Assembly (NCBI GenBank): GCA_007693915.1
Contig: RECS01000123.1
Coordinates: forward strand, 19,923 to 83,922
Source: Saprospirales bacterium
GTDB lineage: Bacteria > Bacteroidota > Bacteroidia > Chitinophagales > Saprospiraceae
Direction of reading: 5' to 3'
DNA: 64,000 bases
The notes under the pieces are model-generated. The model was not told the DNA's origin and made no database searches. It saw only the letters and a list, made by a program, of their open reading frames with translations. The translations under genes were made by a program, and so were the position numbers. Below are positions 55,451 through 64,000 of this stretch, in pieces; the first letter of the stretch is position 1; every line of letters begins with the position of its first letter.

Positions 55451-56229
55451 TTCAACTTGAATTCACTAATTAGCCGAATATTTTCTTCATCAATTATGTC
55501 ATATTGCAACAGTCGATCACTGGCAACTACAATCAGTAAATTTCCTCTAACCAGGGCATCAAAGGCTGAAAAACCTTCGAATAATTGCTGAAATTCGGGT
55601 TGCTCGGGATTGCCTAGATCAAAAACGTATAAACCGTCTAGAGCGTCGCAAATAAACAACTTCTCCTTACCCAAAGCGAGTCCCTTTGGATTGGAAAGAC
55701 CATAAGTAGATAAATGGTCAACCTTGTTGAAATCAGAAATGTCATAAACCCGCAATTCATCAATTCCAAAGCGCCATCCACACTGCACAAGGTCTGTTGA
55801 TAAGGTGACATATGCCAGGTTGCCTCTTGCAACTATAGGATCAAAAAAGCATTGTGTATCATCAAATGGTTCAAAGTAATCCTCACTGCCCTCTCTTACG
55901 GGAATACCCTTTTCATTCAGACTATAGATGAACATACTTGCAGCAGAACCGATTAATAACAGCCCCTCATGGTGATAGATTGACTCTATATCAAAACCAA
56001 CCTCTTGCCGGTTCAATAAAACAGGCTTTGCGGCATCTGAAACATCATAGGTTGAAATACTCGTTTCATTGACCAGATAGAGATTACTGCCTATCGTCAA
56101 CATAGTAGAATAAGATCCGACCTGACTGTTGGTTTGATTATTATCAGATGATACACTATCATCGGCATAACAGCCGTAAAGGAATACCGTAAGGCTAATC
56201 AAGACTGTGTTTAAGAATAGATTTTTCAT
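55447..56229 (-). CDS. Lipoprotein with LVIVD-type beta-propeller repeats (tentative)
   Basis: 260-aa ORF with a lipobox (FLYGC). It has repeated units of the type GNLAYVTL..., EKLFICDALDGLYVFDL and GNLLIVVASDRLLQYDI. Confidence 0.55.
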   Translation of the reverse strand: MKNLFLNTVLISLTVFLYGCYADDSVSSDNNQTNSQVGSYSTMLTIGSNLYLVNETSISTYDVSDAAKPVLLNRQEVGFDIESIYHHEGLLLIGSAASMFIYSLNEKGIPVREGSEDYFEPFDDTQCFFDPIVARGNLAYVTLSTDLVQCGWRFGIDELRVYDISDFNKVDHLSTYGLSNPKGLALGKEKLFICDALDGLYVFDLGNPEQPEFQQLFEGFSAFDALVRGNLLIVVASDRLLQYDIIDEENIRLISEFKLK

Positions 56230-56236
56230 AATATTT

Positions 56237-56773
56237 TTAATTTGTTCTACATTTCGGGTTGGTTAATAAAGCTTCTTCCCAACCATTAAAAATCCCATTT
56301 CGCTCATTGACACATGCGAACCATCCACTGTAGTTTTCAGGATAAAAGTCGCTTATTTCATCCGGCACATAAACATCCCTCAAATGGTCAACTACTGTGA
56401 TATTTTCTATATCAGAAAAATCAATGAGGATCAAATGTCTTCCATTGTCAGCGTATAATATCTGATCAATAATGATAAGCTCCTGATTACCGGGTATGCT
56501 AAAAAATCTGATGTTTTGCGGATCAAGAGGGTTTCTGTTATCAATTAGGTGAACACCTTTTCGTTTCTCATTGATAAATAGAAAATCACCGAGAGCAACT
56601 ATTTTACCTAAATTTTCAAATTCTCGTGGTGGCAGACTCTCGATATGTGAAAAGTCATCGTAGGAGATGAACACCGGTCTCAACCCCATTTCCTCTATAT
56701 CCTTATCCCGACACGAGGTGAAGGAAAAAGTAAAAATCAGTACGATTATCAGGAGCAAATAGCTTTTCATCAA
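56237..56773 (-). CDS. Lipoprotein related to the N-terminal part of LVIVD-repeat proteins (tentative)
   Basis: 178-aa ORF with a lipobox (SFTSC) and motifs GDFLFINEKRKGVHLIDNRNPLDPQNIRFFSIPGN and ILYADNGRHLILIDFSD. Confidence 0.5.
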   Translation of the reverse strand: MMKSYLLLIIVLIFTFSFTSCRDKDIEEMGLRPVFISYDDFSHIESLPPREFENLGKIVALGDFLFINEKRKGVHLIDNRNPLDPQNIRFFSIPGNQELIIIDQILYADNGRHLILIDFSDIENITVVDHLRDVYVPDEISDFYPENYSGWFACVNERNGIFNGWEEALLTNPKCRTN

Positions 56774-56959
56774 TTGAGCAGATTAACTTTTTTTATTTAT
56801 AAAACGCTTGAGTTACCGAGATGTGCCAGTTTAGATGTCATTTATTTTAAAAAACAACTTAGAGATAAAGTACCATTTTATTGTATTTATGAGTCCAATA
56901 TTTACCTCTTAAAGAGCAAGTTAATATTACCAATACGAGAATAAATAGTCCAACCCAGC

Positions 56960-57985
56960 CTATTGGTTCTCTAAAAAATAATAAACATGTGTTATCCAAT
57001 TTTCAGAATTAGAATCATTAGCCGGACCTATAATATATTTTTCAATGGAAGGACTTTGTAGGTTTTCTCCTAAATTATCCAAATGATCGTGCAAAGCTCC
57101 ATGCACCTTGTCAAGCTTATCATAATTGCCTTTATAAACTATCCTAAATGCGGAACCACTGAACTCCCATTTGGTCAATTTACTACCCGAAAAATCTGGA
57201 ATACTACCTTCAAAAGCCAAACTTACCCCAATTTCGGCTTCCATATTTACTTCATCCCAGATGAAATATAGTGCTGATGGAATTCCCTTCTCCTTCACTC
57301 CTAATTCTTCAAGATTTCTGAAAATTTGATCATAAGCTGAAGCGAAAAACTCTTCCATTTCTGAAAAAGGAACACGTTTCTTCATTCCTAAAAAAGTGGT
57401 AGTCGGAAAATCAATTTCCTCAATGGAAAAATTGCTTCCTCCTAAGGAAAAGCGACCTTCGAGCTTTGATTTGGCACTCTCAAGGCCCTTTCGATAATCA
57501 GCACCAATAGCCTTTTCCATTATTGAGAAAAGATTTAAGAGATTCATTGGGTATGGCATTTCTCCCTCCATATACCAAATTAATTTTGTACCACTCTCAG
57601 TTTCTTCAAAGCGGTATTGCGTAAAACTCTCTGATTCAAAAGGCTCAACAAATCTCAAATCAATATTTATTTTATGCTCATCCATCTCGATTATCTCCAT
57701 ACTGCCCTTTCCTGCCTCATTATCCCCTTCCCATTCGTATTTACTTCCAACTGATTTCCCATCTCCAGTAATGGTGGTAACCATTTCAGGATCTCTGTCC
57801 TGCCACGGGCTCCACTCATTAAAATTATTAAAGTCAGAGATATAGTCATATACCATACTTTTGGGGGCATTTATAACTATGGATTCCTCCACTGTATAGC
57901 TTTTTGATACAAAAATCGGAATAATGAGAACCAACAAGATCAACCCCAAAATACCAATGCCAAGAATCATTAATATTTTTTTCAT
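56960..57985 (-). CDS. Membrane-anchored SRPBCC-domain + GyrI-like-domain protein
   Basis: 341-aa ORF with an N-terminal TM helix, an SRPBCC-like module (SIVINAPKSMVYDYISDFNNFNEWSPW) and a C-terminal GyrI-like effector-binding module. Confidence 0.7.
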   Translation of the reverse strand: MKKILMILGIGILGLILLVLIIPIFVSKSYTVEESIVINAPKSMVYDYISDFNNFNEWSPWQDRDPEMVTTITGDGKSVGSKYEWEGDNEAGKGSMEIIEMDEHKINIDLRFVEPFESESFTQYRFEETESGTKLIWYMEGEMPYPMNLLNLFSIMEKAIGADYRKGLESAKSKLEGRFSLGGSNFSIEEIDFPTTTFLGMKKRVPFSEMEEFFASAYDQIFRNLEELGVKEKGIPSALYFIWDEVNMEAEIGVSLAFEGSIPDFSGSKLTKWEFSGSAFRIVYKGNYDKLDKVHGALHDHLDNLGENLQSPSIEKYIIGPANDSNSENWITHVYYFLENQ

Positions 57986-58262
57986 GTTTATTTTTCTTTT
58001 AATTTTGAGCGAAATATTGAAGCAAAAATATAGAATTTTATTGATATAACTCTGCTTTTATTTATCCTGCATGAAACGAGAATTAAAATATCGTTTTTAC
58101 TCAATGATAAAACTTATATCCCCCTTTTAAAATTCCCAAAAAATCACCCCACTCTTGTCATTCAATCCAAAGGATATTGAACATTTATTGATACTCTTAG
58201 TTCTCATATTAGGTATTGCAGTTATCGACAAAATGACCATTAAATTCAAAGGTATTTCTTAT

Positions 58263-58315
58263 AGAATTCTTCAGTATAATTATGAGAATTCTCTGAAAAA
58301 ATATTCGTAAATTTG
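58263..58315 (+). promoter_or_regulatory. Candidate katG promoter (-7 box TAAATTTG at 58308-58315) overlapped by a palindrome cluster (possible peroxide-regulator operator)
   Basis: Two palindromic octamers AGAATTCT (58263-58270 and 58285-58292, 22 bp apart) flank the palindrome ATAATTAT (58276-83). An exact TAnnTTTG lies 16 nt downstream. The cluster is about 200 nt upstream of the katG ATG. Confidence 0.25.
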
Positions 58316-58512
58316 GGCTTTTTGCCAGTTCATTTAGTAGAAAAATCCTTTATTTTATCTGTGGAAAAATGCAAAACAACGGTAAATTGCTTCAACTGAA
58401 CATATGTAGTCAATTTCAGGTGTTTTCTGAATAAATTTTTAAAATAACGCCTCTTGAAAGAGAGTTAATTTAGCAACAATAAATTTTGGAATAAACTTTA
58501 AAACTTAAGTAA

Positions 58513-60690
<2,178 letters not shown>

Positions 60691-60710
60691 AATTTTGAAA
60701 TAATTATCAT

Positions 60711-60788
60711 TGCCCTTTTGCGAAAGCAGGGATAAGAATTTACGCCACGGCTATTCGGTTCCTGCCTTTTCAAAAGGGCATTTTTTTT
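60711..60788 (+). terminator. Long-stem terminator-like structure downstream of katG
   Basis: Perfect 10-bp outer stem TGCCCTTTTG/CAAAAGGGCA with an inner GCAGG/CCTGC pairing, followed by T8 (60781-60788). Confidence 0.5.
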
Positions 60789-60987
60789 ATAACGGATAGA
60801 TGAGAGTCTATTCCGAAGAAATATCTTGTCCACCTTGACCAATACTATCCGAAGTAAAAAAACATTTCACTAAGTCTATCGTTTGATTGTAGTTGCCTGA
60901 GGAGTAAAAGGCTAAACTCATTCAAATGAGGGATATAATTTTACTATCTTTGGGCTTCTTTTATTATATAAAAACATTTAGCACTTT

Positions 60988-61956
60988 ATGGCAATTACCA
61001 ACGGAACAGAAGTAGAAGCAGTAGACGCTTTAGCATCCTCATATCAAACCCTTAGAAAAGAAATAGCCAAAGTAATCGTAGGACAGGACAAAGTAGTGGA
61101 GTCGGTAATCATCTCCCTTTTTTCCAATGGTCACAGTTTGCTGGTGGGTGTACCCGGTCTGGCGAAAACACTTTTGGTAAGTACCATTGCAGAGGTATTG
61201 GATCTCGATTTCAAGCGTATCCAGTTTACTCCGGACCTCATGCCTTCAGATATCACAGGATCAGAGGTGTTGGGTGAAAACCGACAATTTAAATTCAATA
61301 AGGGGCCTCTTTTCTCCAATATCGTTTTAGCGGATGAGATTAACCGTACTCCTCCCAAGACTCAGGCAGCACTGCTGGAGGCTATGCAGGAGAGACAGAT
61401 CACCTCAGGTAGTAGGTTTTATAAATTGGCCACTCCTTTTTTCGTTTTGGCAACTCAAAACCCTATCGAGCAAGAGGGAACTTATCCACTACCCGAAGCC
61501 CAATTAGACCGTTTTATGTTTAATATACCCTTGGATTATCCCTCCTATGAGGAAGAATTACAAGTTGTAAAAACAACTACTGGGGTGAAAAAGGAAGAAT
61601 TGAAACACATCCTCAATGCCGAACAAATTTTACAATATCAGGAATTGATCAGAAAAATTCCCATTACTGATAATGTGCTGGAGTATGCTGTAAGTACTGT
61701 CAGTAAAACCCGTCCCGGCACACCTAAGGCAGATCCCGTGGTCAACGAGTTTATAGGATGGGGAGCCGGACCAAGGGCATCTCAGTACCTGGTACTCGGT
61801 GCCAAATGTCACGCTGCCATTCACGGAAAATACGCTCCGGATATCGAGGATGTTCAGGCAGTTGCCAAGAATGTGCTCAGACACAGAATAGTTCGCAACT
61901 TCAAAGCCGAAGCTGAAGGAATGACGGAAGATCAGATAATCGACAAGATATTGTAA
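60988..61956 (+). CDS. moxR: MoxR-like AAA+ ATPase
   Basis: 322-aa ORF with Walker A LLVGVPGLAKT, Walker B VLADEINR and the typical MoxR C-terminal lid. Confidence 0.9.
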   Translation: MAITNGTEVEAVDALASSYQTLRKEIAKVIVGQDKVVESVIISLFSNGHSLLVGVPGLAKTLLVSTIAEVLDLDFKRIQFTPDLMPSDITGSEVLGENRQFKFNKGPLFSNIVLADEINRTPPKTQAALLEAMQERQITSGSRFYKLATPFFVLATQNPIEQEGTYPLPEAQLDRFMFNIPLDYPSYEEELQVVKTTTGVKKEELKHILNAEQILQYQELIRKIPITDNVLEYAVSTVSKTRPGTPKADPVVNEFIGWGAGPRASQYLVLGAKCHAAIHGKYAPDIEDVQAVAKNVLRHRIVRNFKAEAEGMTEDQIIDKIL

Positions 61957-62023
61957 GAGGTTTTTTCCTCAAAATAAATTTGTTTGGCTTTGATTTAAGC
62001 TTTTGGGTTTTACTCTCCCGCTT

Positions 62024-62059
62024 GTTGAAAAGTTGAAGGTTGAAGAGTTTAAAGTTGAA
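62024..62059. repeat. Five tandem GTTGAA-type hexamers with 7-8 bp period
   Basis: GTTGAA at 62024, 62032, 62039 and 62054, and GTTTAA at 62047. The array lies 70 nt downstream of the moxR stop in a gene-less region. Confidence 0.4.
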
Positions 62060-62393
62060 TGGTATCAGGTTAATTTCCACCCATCGACAGACTGGGTTCG
62101 ACCCCGCTCACCACATGCAGGGCAACGCTTTCCGCTTTCCACTTCATAACCCAACCATTAAACCAAAATCAGCCTTCGATTCAAAATTATTTCCCCATAG
62201 TTTTAGATCAAAGCCATTTGTTTCAATCAGGTAGTATTTTCAGCTAAATTCAGTTTACCCTGGAAAATATTCGCATTGATTACATTTTTTTTCCACGAGT
62301 TTTGGTTGAGAACATGATTTGAGGGGGTTGTAAGCCTTATTCACTCCGAACCTTTCATGTTTGGGTTTTACTATACTTTACCTGCGCTTTATA

Positions 62394-62421
62394 CCCACCG
62401 GGTGTTTAGAAACCCGGTGGG
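62394..62421. other. Isolated GC-rich perfect hairpin (10-bp stem, 8-nt loop)
   Basis: CCCACCGGGT-GTTTAGAA-ACCCGGTGGG has no adjacent U-run on either strand, so it is not a canonical terminator. Confidence 0.4.
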
Positions 62422-62927
62422 TTCTGCATATCCACACAACTCTAATGAAAATATCTACCAAAGTTCCCAAAAAAAGAAAACCTTACAAAGCTTAATGCTC
62501 CTTAATCCCTTGATGGTTTTTTGAATAAATCCTATTAATTTCTACTCAAGAACGAACACCAACCACCAAAAAAATATTACCTCTGACGGGCTCATAACTG
62601 AATGAATTTCTATATATATATACATATATCACCCCCACATCTAAAAATTACCATTTTAAAATTTGTTTTATAAGTCATAAATACAGTAAAATTTCAGTAA
62701 TTTAATGTTATTTAATTCTGTTAATTTACTTTTTTCTATAAAATGGTTTCCGCATTAACATAGGAAAACAAAGCAGGAAAAGATCCTCGGACCAGAACTC
62801 CCTGATATTTTTTTTAGCTCCTATTTTGGGAATTGTTTTTTAGGGTTTATGTCGTTTTTTTTATTCAACAAGCGACTCCTTTTTACTAAGTAGACAAAAA
62901 TATTTTTTCATATATAAACTACACAAA

Positions 62928-64000
62928 ATGAAAGTTTTACATGTATCTTTAATCTTTTCCCTTCTGCTTTTATTTATTTCCTGTAAAGATGAATTTACAA
63001 TTGAAAAGGAAAAAGGGCCAAATAATGAATTCTTTAGTGAAGTACGATCCGGCACTATTCCGAATAGCCCATATTTTAACCATACGTATGTGTCCGACTC
63101 TTTGGATATTACTCCAAGAACTGAGGTTGAATTCCCGGGTTTTGAGTCTTTAAAGGAGGCTTTTTACCATGCTTCCCTAAACGACCATAGAATTCATAAG
63201 TTTGACTCTCTTTCAGTATTTCCAGCCTGGAGTTTGGCCGAACCCTTTATTTTTTTCGATGGGTTCATACAGTATTATATTCCTATATATGACCTTAACC
63301 AGGCGGAACTGACCTCCATTTTGACCATGAGGTTTGAAGGATCTGTTCCGGGATTTTACATTCTTTCGAAAGACCTCATTGCTTCTATTGAGTCGTCAAA
63401 ATCAAGCCCATTCTCAAAATATTGGCAAGGAGTATTTGATTATTTTGATGGAGAATTAACAGGGTCCAGATATGAAGAGGTGGGTGCCGGCATGAGATCT
63501 ATTTGTGCTCCATCAGTCACCACAGGGTGGTGTATTTGCTCTGGCCCTGAACAAAATGTATGTGGCGATCCAGTTATAGGTTGTACTGAACCTTGCGGAA
63601 GTATAGGTGGTGATCCTCCAGGTGGCGGCAGTTCGGGGGGAGGTCAATGGGATATTGATATCTTCTCCAATGCGGTTGATTTAATTTGGTTGGAAGGATT
63701 AGGAGGTGGCAGTTCAATTGGAACCGGTGGCAGCGGAGGAACCCCTCCTATAGTCTACAAGCATCCTCTCTCGATTAAAGATTTACCTCCATATGATAAT
63801 TGGCTAGAACACAACAATCACTCCACATGGGAAAATTATATTAAGGGATTTAACTGTAACAATGCGGCAGGATTTGAAGAAATGCCCGAGGGTGAAGACG
63901 AGGACGCAGGTGGAGGTTTCTGGGAGATTGAGATAATTATGAATGCGGGGTCACTTTTTCATCTCCAATTGGAACTAATCATCGATGAGTTCAATCTGGC
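62928..64000 (+). CDS. Hypothetical lipoprotein (5' partial; runs off the window end) with Cys cluster and Gly-rich linkers
   Basis: I translated by eye from the ATG at 62928: MKVLHVSLIFSLLLLFISCKDEF... It is open for 357 codons to nt 64000 with no stop. It is absent from the ORF track because it has no stop. Lipobox is LFISC. No family recognised. Confidence 0.6.
   Translation, partial: MKVLHVSLIFSLLLLFISCKDEFTIEKEKGPNNEFFSEVRSGTIPNSPYFNHTYVSDSLDITPRTEVEFPGFESLKEAFYHASLNDHRIHKFDSLSVFPAWSLAEPFIFFDGFIQYYIPIYDLNQAELTSILTMRFEGSVPGFYILSKDLIASIESSKSSPFSKYWQGVFDYFDGELTGSRYEEVGAGMRSICAPSVTTGWCICSGPEQNVCGDPVIGCTEPCGSIGGDPPGGGSSGGGQWDIDIFSNAVDLIWLEGLGGGSSIGTGGSGGTPPIVYKHPLSIKDLPPYDNWLEHNNHSTWENYIKGFNCNNAAGFEEMPEGEDEDAGGGFWEIEIIMNAGSLFHLQLELIIDEFNL

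Noticed and set aside
62070-62130. GGGTTCGACCCC-containing GC-rich stretch resembling a tRNA/tmRNA T-arm or an att-site remnant
   Set aside because: The flanking bases do not pair into a 5-bp T-stem, there is no acceptor stem or anticodon arm, and it does not match the 3' end of the tRNA-Asn in this window.
62040-62234. 64-aa plus-strand ORF after moxR
   Set aside because: It starts inside the GTTGAA repeat array with no family features. It is kept only as part of the gene-less region finding.
62861-63055. 64-aa minus-strand ORF
   Set aside because: It is antisense to the start of the long open lipoprotein frame beginning at 62928. The plus frame has a lipobox and stays open for more than 350 codons.

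Overview
This is a 64-kb chromosomal window from a low-GC Bacteroidota genome. Diagnostic signals are type-A T9SS C-terminal sorting domains, a PorP/SprF gene, Bat aerotolerance genes, parAB followed by a DUF5683-type gene, and TAnnTTTG-type promoter boxes. I support about 45 protein-coding genes and one tRNA-Asn(GTT). I saw no rRNA, CRISPR array, transposase, integrase or phage genes. The dominant feature is a 22-kb minus-strand block (10081-32211) of four tandem paralogous giant, cysteine-rich secreted proteins (1348, 1682, 3144 and 798 aa). They are built from HYR-type and related Cys-containing repeats. All four end in the same cassette: CRD-like, dockerin-like, cohesin-like, then T9SS-CTD. 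Each gene has its own AT-rich spacer, terminator and shared non-coding motifs. This array is my best candidate for an uncharacterised system: a self-assembling cell-surface scaffold. Other notable content: (1) a truncated Bat cluster (thioredoxin-fold, vWA, TPR, BatD-N, BatD) lying more than 50 kb from an orphan moxR; (2) a stand-alone EF-G paralogue whose switch-II catalytic His is replaced by Leu; (3) a PorP/SprF, PorE-like, PnuC operon; (4) a poly-Gln lipoprotein with two Cys4 modules; (5) a tandem thioredoxin-like lipoprotein pair, one CxxC and one SxxC. Housekeeping genes include ahcY, anmK, cysQ, katG, parAB and a tricorn-like protease. All family assignments were made by eye from sequence motifs. 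No database search, HMM or folding program was run, and domain and repeat boundaries are approximate.
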